From positions 67,208,001-67,272,000 of the forward strand of contig NC_059426.1 in the NCBI RefSeq assembly GCF_021028975.2: 64,000 nucleotides of DNA, given 5' to 3'. Below the pieces are notes generated by a model. It ran no database searches and was not told the origin of the DNA. It was given only the letters and a program-made list of their open reading frames with translations. This DNA comes from Sphaerodactylus townsendi (taxonomy: Eukaryota). This document shows, one piece after another, positions 1-12,869 of this stretch (positions are counted from its first letter, which is position 1; each line of letters opens with the position of its first letter). Made by a program: the position numbers and the translations under genes.

Positions 1-1943
1 CTCCCCCTTCCCCTTGTTACAAATAATAAAGCCCTGGTGCATCCAATCAATACTCGTCATAGTCCAAAATCCCACTTCCCACAACAGTCAACCCAATGGT
101 TTAGAAAACCCAAAAGGAGGATTTAAAAGCCAACAGCTGCCCTCCTCTCTTAGCAACTGGTAAGAAAAAGTCTGACCCTAGTTTTCACAGTCTTATCTGA
201 CAACTGAACCCGGGACTCAGTGCAAATGGCATGCTCAAAATGTTAAAGAGTCAGTGACTACCTCATACCATCCTAAACAGATTTACATATATCTAAGCCC
301 ACTGGTTTCAATGAGCTTAGAAAGAGATAACTCTGCTTAGGATGGGACTGCAATTGAACTTCAAGGTTGACTACATATAATGCTGGCACATCAGCAAAAA
401 AGCTTGCAGCTTGAAAAAAAGAAATCATGCATTCAGGAGCCCATGTTGGATCAAGATAACAGTGCAGGAGAAGGAGGGGGGAGATTCTCAATCTGAAACA
501 GCTAGGAGGAGCTGCTACCTGCCCTATGGGGCAAACATACAGATGTCCATATCAGAGCATGTATTATAACAGCTTCTTGGGTCATTCCTATCAGGAAAAC
601 AGCGTAGCCTAAACCCAACCCAATTAAAATCAGGCCCAATATGAAGAATTCTTTTTTTAAAAAAAAAAGGCAAACAAAATGCTAGTCTTCATGGAAAGCT
701 CAGAATGGAGTGCCCATTGAACCCCAAGTACATGTTTTGAACTCAGGTCTTCCTAATCCAGTGTCCTATCCCATACTCTATTCCCAAGATCTAGTCCTGG
801 GTCAGACAGCCTGGAGAAAGGGAAAGTGCCATTAACGGCATTTGACCAGACCAAAACAAATTTGAAATCAAATGACCAGTAAAATACTGTTTAAAGTATT
901 CATTTATTAGAACAGTAAAAAAAACAGATTGGGGTACACTTGCTTCCAGCATTTTCTGACCCCTGTTCCTCCTGTTCTATGGTATGTAGAAAAAGCTAGG
1001 CCATGGGATTTAGCTGAGTGAGGAGGGGGAAGAGCAGGAGCTCTCTGGAGTGGTAGGCAGGGGACACTTGCTGTTAAATGAGGGGTGTAAGACTTTGATT
1101 CTTGCTGAACAGGGAAGCAAAGGTCCCCCATTCCTTCCTATTGTTATCAAATAGTGACATGATGCAAAAAAAAAGACAAACAAATGAAGATGTGTCCAAC
1201 TGTTGGCATTGTAACCTACAAGACACATGTCTTAAACATATGCTTTGGCACCTGTCCAATTAATCAATCTTTTTGGGAAGAAGTAGTTTCTTACATCAGT
1301 TTTACATTACAATATGCATAGATCTTTTCAGAATGCTTAGGGACTTTTAAACTATTTGCCTGTCTCCGGGAGACTGAATGATGGTCAACCAAAATGGACT
1401 CTCCTTGCCCTTATTGTTTCAAGAAGATTCATATTACAGTGGGAAGATCAATGTCCACTTCCAGAAATCCAATAGATCGAGGACCTACAATTTTATCAGT
1501 ATATGAATGTTTGGCACACAGGCTACAATTGCACATGGTCATAGTTTTAGACCTTTGGAAAACTGCTTACAATGTAGACCTGCCACCATTGTTGTTATTT
1601 CTTTTTGTTTGGGGTAATTCAAAATTAATTTTAAAAACACACCTTTTCCAATGTGTTCTGCAGTTCCTGCAATATTTCAACAAACTGTCAGCACCCATCA
1701 CAAACAAAAGGGAGATGCTTTGTGAGTGCTTTGTACTAAAAAGGAATTAAAATATTTAAATAAAAAATTGATAGTGTCTAGTAACAACGAGAGTTAGATG
1801 AGACTGAAAACATTCAGGCCTTCTTAGTTAAGGCTGCATAAACAGGATTCCTCCAAATTACAGTAACAGGCAGCCAATGCACACAGAGGTCTTGGGCCTG
1901 TATTGGCAAGAGAAACTACCTCAGTTGTTGTGAGAATAAATGA

Positions 1944-2132
1944 NNNNNNNNNNNNNNNNNNNNNNNNNNNNNNNNNNNNNNNNNNNNNNNNNNNNNNNNN
2001 NNNNNNNNNNNNNNNNNNNNNNNNNNNNNNNNNNNNNNNNNNNNNNNNNNNNNNNNNNNNNNNNNNNNNNNNNNNNNNNNNNNNNNNNNNNNNNNNNNNN
2101 NNNNNNNNNNNNNNNNNNNNNNNNNNNNNNNN
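1944..2132. other. Assembly gap (189 N)
   Basis: Run of N characters. Confidence 0.99.
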
Positions 2133-2405
2133 CCCCTTTCTCTCCTGTAGGAGACTCAAAGGGGCTGACAATCTCCTTGCCCTTCCCCCCTCACAACAAA
2201 CACCCTGTGAGGTGGGTGGGGCTGAGAGAGCTCTGAGAAGCTGTGACTAGCCCAAGGTCACCCGGCTGGCGTGTGTGGGAGTGTACAGGCTAATCTGAAT
2301 TCCACAGATAAGCCTCCACAGCTCAGGCGGCAGAGCTGGGAGTCAAACCCGGTTCCTCCAGATTAGATACACAAGCTCTTAATCTCCTACGCCACTGCTG
2401 CTCCT
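2133..2405 (-). mobile_element. tRNA-derived squamate SINE
   Basis: Minus-strand head AGGAGCAGCAGTGGCGTAGGAG...GGTTTGACTCCC with Pol III A-box and B-box-like motifs. The body (cacaacaaacaccctgtgagg...cccaaggtcaccc) recurs in degraded form elsewhere in the window. Confidence 0.75.
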
Positions 2406-2843
2406 GGGCCACACTCTTTCAGCCTACCTCACAAGGAAACCAGGTATGGCATAAAGAGCATGGCATAAAGACAAGCCATTTGTTCCACAGGATGACGGGA
2501 AGAAAAGAGGGTAGGAAAGCAGTGCTGAAACCACTGGACAATTAAGTCATACATCACAAATTTTATTTCAGAAGGTGCTGACAGCATCCCATTACTTTTC
2601 CAAAAGTTACACCCATCTTCTTACACCAAATGAAGGGTCAAAAGCAACCTTTGGGGATTATTTACTAGTTGGCATACAAGAATAGAGTGGCCCTGATCAC
2701 TTACCTAAGATGAGATATTTGACACTATATTTGACTACAAATAGTTGACTACAAATGGGGCAAAATCTCCAATCTGCCCTGACACTCACTGCGTGATCCT
2801 GGGCCACACTCTTTCAGCCTACCTCACAAGGAAACCAGGTATG
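2402..2843 (+). repeat. Exact 47-bp direct repeat (2402-2448 and 2797-2843)
   Basis: tcctgggccacactctttcagcctacctcacaaggaaaccaggtatg occurs twice, 395 bp apart. Confidence 0.9.
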
Positions 2844-4193
2844 CCAATCTAAATTCTTTTGAGGACTGAATATATTCTTATGCCCTGGCATTTCTAACCC
2901 TTTTTGGGGATCAGTTCAGTTTTTATTGTATTGGACGTGAGCTACCTTGAGCAGGTTCTGCATGCCAATTCTCTAAATAAATAAAGGGTGAAATAAACAT
3001 TTAATTGCTTAACAAGGAATCTATGGGATTGAGATCAGTTCTCCTCTTTTGTCTTGCTTCAAGAGGGCCAGGTGCACAGTTTGTCAATGCAAGGAAACTG
3101 GAAATCTCAGACCGACAGCCAGAAAACTGTACAAATGGGACCTTATGCTGAGTGACTGGAAAAAGTCCTGCTACAATGACTCAGCAAAACAATATCTTCC
3201 CAAGAGTATATAAGTAAGCACACAGGCATACATAGACACACACACATAAGCCTTCTCTGGCCCAAAGTGACTCAGCAAAAGTGTACTGAACAAAGCAGGC
3301 TGGGAGGAAAAAGATAAGCAGTGCCTGGCACTTAAGAACATCAACAGCAGCTAGCGTGTGCTTGCACCATTTGATCAACCTCTTCCCCTAAACCATTTTG
3401 TCTAAAAACTGTAGGCTAGACTCCGTTCTTCCCACACAATCATCCAGCACAAGAAAAGGATGGCATCTGAGTCCAGTGGAAGGGCTGGGGTGCTTGCTGC
3501 TACTTGGCAGGGTCATAGATCCTTGATGGAGTGGCTGAAGATTCACCTCTCCCCACAGAAGTGAACATTTGGAATGCTCTAAGGTTGACCTTTTCTTATG
3601 GAAAGGGCCTCTCTGTGTTTAAGACCTGCATGAGAGGCAGAAAATCAACAGGGAAGGTCTTTCTCATCACTGAATCTCCATGGCGGTAAAGCCTTGCCTG
3701 ATGATTTCCTTGCTCACTTGCATTTTTTAAGGGCTTCTTTTCCATAAAAAGGAAATGGTTGTACTGCACATACACACAGATGGCTCTCATTCAAATTATT
3801 CACAATTTTCCTTAGGAGAACTCTTGATTATCACCAGTTTTTTTTAAAAAAACAACACCTTCATCCCACTTGTGAGCTAATTCATAACTGATTCCCAAAT
3901 TCCCATCTGGATACCTGTTCACACAGCACTAATTCAAGGGATGAGATGTGCAGTTTCTGCCTCTTTTATCCTTGCTGAATGCACAATCAGGGTGTTTCAG
4001 ATCCTGGTAAACCTCTTCCAGTGAACATGGCTAACACAGACCACAGCAGGGCCAGAACAAACAGTGAAATCTGCCATGACGTCGGCCCACTTTTAGCGCC
4101 AGGGTGCTCCTAGCAAAGTGAGATGCTCTTGCCTTACAGCACCAGACAGGTATTATGCCCCTGGCCTCCTCTCTAGACTCTGCATTGACTCAC

Positions 4194-4709
4194 CTTTTGG
4201 TTGGTGTCTTCTAAGCCCCACCACCAGAGAGGGCTATTCCAGGAGACGAAGGCTAGGTTCTCAGCAGCAAAGGCCAGAGCCCAGAAGAAGAGTAGGATAG
4301 CTCCATGGCCTCGGATCCGGTCTTGTACCATCACTCTGGTGCGTTCCAAATGCAGTAGCCCAATTGAACTGGCCCAGCTCACAGCAGATAGGCAGGCATA
4401 TAGTACCACATAGCCATGGAGCTGACGCATACCCAATGCTTGCCATAGCAAAGCAACAAAGGGCAGCAGTGCAAGTAGCAGGGAAAAGAGGACTTGTATG
4501 TAGTACAGTCGGGAACGAGGGATATATTTTGGCTCCATGATGCGGCTAAACCTGGCATAACAGGCAGACTGAAGGGCACCCAACAGGAGACAAACGCTGA
4601 GCAACACTGCAGGCACCAGAGTGAAATAGAAACAGGGGTACAACCCCTGCTGAGCCCATGCTTGGTTCAGAGACTCATTCCCTTCACAGTAGCTTTGTAG
4701 CACCACCAT
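4194..4709 (-). CDS. ABCB6: ABCB6 (ATP-binding cassette B6), first coding exon encoding TMD0; remaining exons not found in the window
   Basis: MVVLQSYCEGNESLNQAWAQQGLYPCFYFTLVP...LFFWALAFAAENLAFVSWNSPLWWW matches the human ABCB6 N-terminus (YCE...GLSPCFFFTLVP; AFAAENLALVSWNSPQWWW). Acceptor tacag upstream (exon starts 4725); phase-0 donor AAG|gtgagt at 4193. Syntenic with ATG9A. Confidence 0.93.
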
Positions 4710-5667
4710 CCTGCCAGTTGAGGAGCTGTAGAAACATTGATGAAAGAAACGAAAAGGAAATTGGGGTGCATATGGGCACCAAAGTATGCAAATGAAAATA
4801 TACACGTTCATCATGCCTCCATGTCTTTAGGTACCAAATGCAAACGTGCACACAGGAATATCGTACACTCTAACTATATGCCTATATATGTAAGCATGAG
4901 TATGTTTGTTGATACAGAGCAGATATTTTGGCCCATCTAACTCAGGATCCTGTTTGTCCTTAGCCAATAATATTATGCCCCCAAGAAAAGGCTGAGCGAG
5001 ATGCTTTACAGAGAAAAGAACAGGAAAACTAGTAAGGCTAGTGAGATTGCTTGGCACCCTTTCCTTCCACACCACTTGCTACTAACCAGCAGAATGACAA
5101 AAAGCTGGGCTAGAAGAGTCAGGTGGCTGATGTTTTTTGCCTTCTCCTGGAGCAGAAATCAGTCGCTGTTTTTACTTCCCACTCTTGGGTTTGGAAAAAT
5201 CCTCCACAAAAGACATCAAAACAATCACAAGTAGGGAAGAGGAGGAAGGGGCTGAGCTTCTAAGTTAAAGACCTCTGATTTTTCTTTAGCTTTCACTCAC
5301 ACAAAAATAAATTGCTATTTTCAAGTCTTCTTCTAAAGCCTTACATTGTTTTTCCCTTTCTGACACATCATAAAAATAGTCAAGCCATCATGTTGTTACT
5401 ATGCTGTCCTTGTCAAATCTCCTCCCTTTCATCCTCAGATGTTTCAGGTCAGCTGTTCTATATTTTATTTCCCAAGCGATGAACTATTACTGAGAAGGCA
5501 GTGTCTTGCCCAAAGGGCACCCAGGGGCCATAAGGCTGAGCTGAGAGAGAGACCAGTCCAACACTGCCCACATAGTCTGCGGTGACAGCAACAGTGCACA
5601 ACAATTGCCACACGTGTTTTTAACATGCCACTCTCCTTCACAAATAAATAGTTACTTGCCTTTTGTA

Positions 5668-7217
5668 TTCATAGAATCATAGAGTTGGAAGACACCAGAA
5701 GAGCCATCAAGTCCAACCTCCTCCCATGCAGGAACACACAATCAAAGCACTCCTGACATATGATCATCCAGCCTCTGTTTAAAAATCTCCGAAGAAGGAG
5801 ATTCCATCACTCTCCAAGGCAGTGAATTCCACTGTTGAACAGCCCTGACAGTCAGAAAGTTCTTCCTAATGTTTAGGTGGAATCTCTTTTCCTGCACCTT
5901 GAATCCATTACTCCATGTCCTGATGCAGTGATGGTGAATCTTTTCGAGACCGAGTGCCCAAACTGCAACCCAAAACCCACTTATTTATCACAAAGTGCCA
6001 ACATGGCAATTTAACCTGAATACTGAGGTTTTAGTATAAAAAAAAGGTTGGCTCCAAGCCACACGTTACTCGGGAGTAAGCTTCGTGGTAGTCGGTGGCT
6101 TTGCTTTGAAGCAACTGCACAACACTTCAAACGGGTAAATCACGAACCTAGGAGGGTTTACTCAGAAGCAAACCCCATTGCCAGTTACCGAGCTTACTCC
6201 TAGGTAAAGGATCACGCTTTCGTTCTTCCCATGAAAATCAGTAGGGTTTAACAGTGCTTAACAGGGTTACCTGCACTGCATCCCCAAAACTAGGTCTTAG
6301 GTTTAATGCTAATAATCTCCCTGAAATAATTACACTATTTTCATACGATGAACTCTGTGCACGCATGCCCACAGAGAGGGCTCTGAGTGCCACCTCTGGC
6401 ACCCGTGCCATAGGTTCGCCACCACTGTCCTAGTCTCTGAGGCAGCAGAAGACAAGCTTGCTCCCTCTTGACATGACATCCCTTCAAATATTTCAACATA
6501 GCTATCATGTCCCCCCCTTAACCTTCACTTCTCCAGACTAAACATCCCCAGCTCCCTCTCTTCGTAGGGCATGGATTCCAGACCTTTTACCATTTGGATT
6601 GTCCTCCTCTGGACATGTTCCAGCTTGTCAATAACCTTCTTAAATTGCGGTGCCCAGAACTGAACACAGTACTGTAGGTGAGGTCTGATCAATGCAGAGT
6701 AGAATGGGACATAACTTTCCTCTATCTAGAGACACTATACTCTTATTGATGCATCCCAGAATTGCATTGGCTTTCTTGGCTGCCATATCACACTGCTGCC
6801 TCATGTTCAGTTTGTGGTCTACTAAGACTCCCAGATCCCTTTCACTTGTACTGTTGTCAAGTCAAGCCAGGTATCACTCATCCTTGTCAATAATTTTTTT
6901 CTGCCTAAGTGAAGAATCTTTCATTTATCTCTGTTGAAATTCATTTTGCTAGTTTTGGCCCAGCTCTCTAATCTGTCCAGACAATTTTGAATCCTGCCCC
7001 TGTCCTCCAGGGTATGAGCTACCCCTCCTAGTTGGTATCATCTGCAAATCTGATTAACATGCTCTCTATTTCATTACCCAAGTCATTGATAAAAAATATT
7101 GAATACCATTGGGCTCAGGACAGAACCCTGTGGCACTCCACTACTCCTTTCCAGGATGAAAGTGAGTAATTGATGAGCACTTTTTGTGTTCTGCCAGTCA
7201 ACCAATTACAAATCCAC
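5668..7217 (-). mobile_element. CR1 LINE 3' fragment, interrupted by a hAT MITE
   Basis: Begins with tcatagaatcatagag (reverse complement of the CR1 ATTCTATG-type tail) followed by typical CR1 ORF2 3' sequence, including gtatcatctgcaaa (FADDT on the minus strand). Confidence 0.85.
5926..6427. mobile_element. Non-autonomous hAT MITE nested in CR1
   Basis: TIRs cagtgatggtgaatct / aggttcgccaccactg; degenerate 8-bp TSD (tcctgatg / tcctagtc); same termini as 50787-51117. Confidence 0.8.
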
Positions 7218-7239
7218 CCCAGCCTTTTACTAGTTAGTA

Positions 7240-7850
7240 GAGAGCGGCGCCGGCGTGAAAGGAAAAGGTGCCAAGCAATCCCACTGCCCTGTATTTTAGT
7301 AATCACTTGGGGGTCGGCTACAGAAGGAGGTGGGAGGAATTACCGTTCAACTACGGGAGGGGGGAGGGGCAATGATTACAATCTGAGTATCCATGATTAA
7401 TCCTAAATGGAGAGACGTCTGTTGTCCCCCATAGCGCGAAGGAGGTATGTATTGCATACAGCTGGCATGATCTGGGGTGAACTGAAGGGGGGCGGCGACG
7501 TCACTTTTCGCCCTGACCCCTGCCAGCAGGCAAAGGCGGCACAACAAGGCGGGTTGAAAATCTCACCGAGCAACCAGATCTCTGCCACCCCCCACCCCCA
7601 CCCCCACCCCGGCCCGGCCTCCCGCCAGGCCCTTCCTCGACCTAGGCACGATGCACGCTCACTTGCCTGTCCAACCTTCAGTTGCTCGGCCGGTGCAACA
7701 ACAGACCGCCTCCTGACAAAGGTTCAGCGCGATCGGAGCCACCGCAGCAGGCCTGACCTGCGTCCCCGGGTCCTAGAGCGTACGGAGTTCCCTGGCTCCT
7801 ACTCGGTCCTAGCGCCCACCGGCAATGCACTCTTGTCAAATTCAATAAAA
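7240..7850 (-). promoter_or_regulatory. ABCB6: CpG-rich ABCB6 promoter and putative non-coding first exon (candidate donor gtgagc at 7662)
   Basis: Local CpG/GC enrichment about 3 kb upstream of the first coding exon, whose ATG is preceded by a splice acceptor. CRE-like GACGTCA near 7497; G-rich tract on the minus strand at 7584-7610. Confidence 0.6.
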
Positions 7851-8012
7851 TTATTTCTTTATTAATTCTACTCTCTTGTGGTAGCAATTTGATCTTTAAG
7901 AGAATTGGCTCAAAGGCAATTGGCTCAATAATTTATTTCAACTCTGGCCGCAATCAGGCCTAGGGGACACAGAGGCCTCAGATACGCCCTTACAAAACGT
8001 ATTTCAGCAGTT

Positions 8013-8575
8013 TGGGTTACCAGTCTCCCGGTGGGACCTGGAGGCCTCCCGGCGTTACAGATGACCTCCACACCACAGAGATCAGTTCCCCTGGAGAAAA
8101 TGGCTACTTTGAAGGTAGGGATGTCAGCCCCCAGATGGGAAGATTGGACCGGCAGAACACAGCTCATCTATACAGAACAGAAATCAACTCCCCTGGAGAA
8201 AATGGATGCTTTGAAAGGTGGACTGCTGGGATTCAGCAGGTTTGCACCACTTCGGCAGAACCGGTTGTTAAAATGGTGCTTATAAACAACCAATTGTGAA
8301 ATTATTTGACTCCCACCACCGGAACCGGTTGTTAAATTATTTGAATCCCATATTGCACCTGACCGCACTGATGTCTCTGTACTGGCAAGAACCCACCCCA
8401 AATCAGATGTTTCCCAACCAGGATCTGGAATCCCTAAACCCTATGCCCTACCATGAGAACCAGACAAACCTATTTGAAGGACAGACTTTATGCATTATAC
8501 CCTGCTGCACTCCCTCCCTCCCTTCCCTCAACCCCAAATCTCTAAGACTTCCCAACCCAGACCTGACAACCCTAG
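8013..8575. mobile_element. Composite/nested MITE region (TAGGGTTGCCA-type element plus internal hAT fragment 8224-8350)
   Basis: Starts gggttaccag, ends gacaaccctag; the acagagatcagttcccctggagaaaatgg module occurs twice and recurs at 62568-62750. Confidence 0.55.
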
Positions 8576-9174
8576 TAACCAGTGCAATGGTATGACTACA
8601 ATGTAGGCTGGAGAGACCTGGGTTCAAATTCACTTTGATAATCCTAGGGTTGAAAATGGGCCAGGATTCACTACCCTACTAATCTGTGAAAATATGAGTT
8701 TAGGCTAGTCTGTCATTACCTACCTCATAGGGCTGTGGCATAATGCCATGTGTATTATCCTGAATTCCCAGTGCAGGAAGAGATCTGCTGTTGGCCCTGT
8801 ATGGCTTAACAGTTAACTAAACCTAACAATCAACTTCTTGAAGGTCTTACTAGTGTTTGAATAGGAAAACGCTTCTGGGCAGTATGAGCACAGTGCCCCT
8901 CACCTATCTATTCCCACACTGCAATTTTGCATTCTTGAACAAACTTGAGTATGCACTTTCGAAAGATGTAATTTTGTTTGTGGGAGTTTCTGGATGGATT
9001 ATTCTTAACAGTGAAGATTAACAGTCCATCATTTTAAAAGCTTAGATTAACATGTTTGTATCTTATTGTTCTATTGTACATTGATAAGAATTCATAATTA
9101 TTCTGATATTCCCATACATTGGGCTTACTTTGTGTAGGACACTTTCCAAATATGCAACTGACTACAAGAGCAAA

Positions 9175-9180
9175 TTTATT
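9175..9180 (-). terminator. Candidate ATG9A polyadenylation signal AATAAA (second candidate 9511-9516)
   Basis: AATAAA on the minus strand followed by U/GU-rich sequence, 3.7 kb downstream of the ATG9A stop and upstream of the ABCB6 promoter. Confidence 0.4.
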
Positions 9181-10920
9181 CATAGTGCGGGGGACACACA
9201 CATTTTCCTGGATGAATTCCAACTGTAACAGTCTTGCTTGTTCCTCAACAGCTGTGAATATTTTTAAAACTTACATAAGCAATGTTCTTCAATCCCACCC
9301 TCTGTATTTAAAAACAAACAAACAGGGGAGGAATAAAGCCACTGTTACCCATCCACACCTTAGGAAATTTGTTTTCATGCTGGGTTACAAAATATGACCA
9401 CCTTACCTTGCACCAGGGCCCCAGAATGAAGAATCAGAGCAGAAAGGCCAAAGAATGGTACAAGTCTTCCCACAATGAATCAGCACACCCCTTTTCTTTT
9501 ATAGTCAGGCTTTATTGTGACTTATCTCAAGTAAAATGGGTTTAAGAAAAGCAGACCGGTGTTTCATGTTGAAGATGGAACTGAAGATCAGATACAACAG
9601 CCTAGTCAAGATTGGCTCCCCGTGGCCAAAGTTCTTACACTTAAAGTCCCATTTCCCCAAAACAAACAATTACTTTATGCTCCAAAATGTCATACAAAAA
9701 TCTTCACCTCCAAATAAAATGAGCATTACTAAAGATGAGGAAAGTTGGATTAGTATTTGGCTCTGTAGAATTCAACAATCCCAAAATCGTGTTGTGCTCT
9801 GTTCTTAATGTACTATCAGTGCCGTATTTTCAGTATAAAAACTGTCAGTCCTTCAGCAATCACAGAATCCCAAAGCCCCTGATTCTCAAAACGGACACAA
9901 TAGATCATCAGGCCTCAGTGAAATGGGAATGTGTCCTTCCTTAGATGTAGCCCATATAAGAATACGTTCCTATATAGGAGGACCTAGGTATTCCAGATTG
10001 TGTGTTCATGGTACCTGAACCAGCTTCCCTAATTGGCCATGCTGGCAGGGGCTGATGGGAAATTGTAGTCCATGAACATCTGATAAGAGTATGAGCTCCA
10101 TCTCAGGTTCGCCACCACTTGGCTGATATGGAGACCATATGAGCCCCCACAACACCACCAAACATGACATGGGCATTTCAGGATCCAGCAATTCAGTTTG
10201 TTGCACATACCCATCATGCTTCAAGACCCAAAAAACAAAAAGCTCACAGAAGTGCCCAGAATCAATAGGGAACAGAATCCCTCCCTTTAATCAGCAGATA
10301 CAGGATGCTGGGTGCAAAATCTGCTTTACAAGTCACATAGAGTCACAGCCCAGCCTTTCCAGTGCCACAAATAAACAGGAGGCAGCAGGTGGGTGTGCCA
10401 TGCACACGCAGAGGGGACAAAGATAAGTACAGTACAGGGCAGCTGGCAAATCCCATCCCATGTCATAGCTAGTCCAGTGCTGTAAGCACTTCCACAGGGA
10501 ACAAGCAAGGCAACCATTGCCCAGGGCAATATAGATCATGGCCAGCACAGATCAAGGCTGCAATCTGTGGGGCTACGTTGCTAGGTTTTTTTGTGTCCAA
10601 AAATGTGTACATGGGAAAGCGGGGGGGGGGGGGGATTAATGCTATACCAGTAAGTGTTCTGAACTCTCTAAAATATGCCAGTGACCAAGGAAAGTATAAG
10701 GAAGAAAGAATCCACAACCCTACTTCAACCTATGTCCTGTTCGTTGGCCATGGTAGAAACAGGATGCCAGACCACTGGTCTGATCCAGCAGGGACCTCCT
10801 TATGTTCTAAAATTTCTTGCCTGAAGAGAGCCTTAGAACAATCTGCTGCACCCCTCCTTTCATATCCACCCTAAAAACACCAAATAACTCCTCTTCTTTA
10901 AGGTATTACCAGAAGTAGAA

Positions 10921-11055
10921 GAGTCATAGTTCTGTGCTGAATGTGCACTTTTCCGGCTGCTTTCAGGGGCTCTTTAGAGCTGCATGCTTGGGAATGGCAA
11001 AAACAGTTGTGAAAGCAGCTTGAAAGTGCATTATTTTGCGTGTGCGGAATGAGCC
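10921..11055. mobile_element. Degraded PIF/Harbinger-type fold-back MITE
   Basis: Right end cattattttgcgtgtgcggaatgagcc matches the termini of 58760-58900. Confidence 0.55.
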
Positions 11056-12863
11056 ATAGTCTATGAAAAGAAGCCCTTGTTGGGATGCAGAAAGCCAGCA
11101 GCTGAAATCAACCCCAAGAACCCAGGAATTCTGACTCCCAATGACAAGCACGGCTGCTTTAAGTCAGCCCTGTGCCCCACCCCTGTGTTTCCATATTACT
11201 TTTAATTTGTAGCAGCATATCCCTTGTCCCGCACAAAGCAATGGGTTTGGCAAGAACTTGTGGGAGGTGCAGCAGCTATCACAGTAAAAGTGCTCAAAGT
11301 CCAAGCTGAGACAGTACTGGGAGTTAAATTACAGGTTTGTTCAAAACAGTGGAGAGCTGCGGCTTTGAAAGATGGGACAACATTGACCAGTGCATTGATT
11401 GGATGGATTTTACCACACCCCTCATGGATACGATTGCTGTTTACAGGCTGCTCAGAAAGGATTTCTCATGAACTTTGCTGTGCCAAGCAGATGGTTTCAT
11501 GCTGCAGTGCTGGGACTGGGCAGTATACTCCCACATACACACAAAAAGAGGGGCAGTGGAGCAAATGCAATAATTATGAAACCAACTGAACCTCTGCTGT
11601 GCACAGAAGAGTATCATTTCAATCAGGGTGATGGTTCATCTCCTTTCATGAGAATGTGAAGTCCACCATTGGCCATGCCAGCAGGGGCTGATGGGAATTG
11701 TAGTCCATGAACATCTGAAGGACTAGAGTTGGACTCCCCTGTCATAGATACTGGCAGGTTTTGATTTTTTTGGGCATGTAAGGTTCCTTTTCTCACTGGC
11801 ATTTCTATGGCAGCTGGATTTTTTCCATCAACTGATCCACACAAAGAAGGGTATTAAAGCAGGAGGTTATGTGGAAACTCAATGGGCAGACCAGTACTGC
11901 CTCCATCCCCTCTTCCCATACACACCAGTATACCACAGGGTACAGAGCCTTACACTCTATTTTATGCTCTTGCAGGATGAACAAAGTAAGAGCAAAATGC
12001 TCACCTCTAGAATCTGGACTCTTGTGCAAGGTGGTCTTTGGCAAGCATAGATATTACTTCAGGAACTGGCTCAAACTACCCTGCTAAGAGCATTACCCTT
12101 CTACGCCTGTACTTTGATAGTGCAAGAGAGTCCCCCTATTCACATGAACTCTATGAGGTCCCAAGCAGAGTGCAACCTGTCACACCCACAGGAAGGAAGC
12201 ACCTACGGTGGACAAGAGCAGTAGTGGTGAAGTTTCATGAATCATCCTGGCTGGGATTCAGAGGAGAGGGATACACACCTTTTTCAGATGCATTTCAGAC
12301 CGCCACTGAAAAACACCTGTGCCCCATCCTTGTAAGAAAAATAATCTCTCAGAGCCCTTCTTTTCCTGAGTCCAAATTGATCTCCTGATTGCATCTTTAA
12401 TTGCATTACAGTCTGCACAGCTTATTACAGCTCGTTCCCTACCTATTGACTAAATAGTCCATAAACAGGTCCTCTCCTCCCACCATGGAACACTTCAGGC
12501 AGGGCGAGCACCTGCTAATCTCCTTGCTGTTTTGTGTGCTCTGCATCCTTCTCTGTAGGTCTTAGATGATTTTCCAACATGGACAACACGAATGCAGACA
12601 TGGACATATATATGGAATCTCACACACACACACACACCTCCAGCCTATTCACAGCTGGAGTGTCACTGGCATGATGCATGTCTGGATAAAGTTCCATCCA
12701 CCACAAAGGCACTGTGGACCTCACATCTTTTCCCCTCTGGTACTGATGTCCAAGACGTAGACACTTGAGTAACTCATGGCTAGCCTGGCAGAGTAACCCA
12801 ATGTCACGTCAGCCAAGGTGAGCCCAGAGTCTGGAGCACCCGTAAGATCTTCAGCCTTCACAG

Positions 12864-12869
12864 CTACAC
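12864..12869 (-). CDS. ATG9A: ATG9A terminal coding exon (GTG TAG = Val, stop)
   Basis: cccccaacag|GTGTAG restores the conserved C-terminus VHKV*. Confidence 0.8.
   Translation of the reverse strand: M

Noticed and set aside
1-4193. Further ABCB6 exons
   Set aside because: I found no segment encoding the expected next peptide (VQFxLWxLRY-like). It probably lies left of the window; the N gap is bordered by SINE-like sequence.
4710-4814. N-terminal extension of ABCB6 suggested by ORF 4173-4814
   Set aside because: It crosses a splice acceptor at 4726; homology starts at the ATG at 4709.
9155-12863. Intron within the ATG9A 3' UTR
   Set aside because: A possible donor exists near 12724, but there is no way to support a partner acceptor without transcript data.
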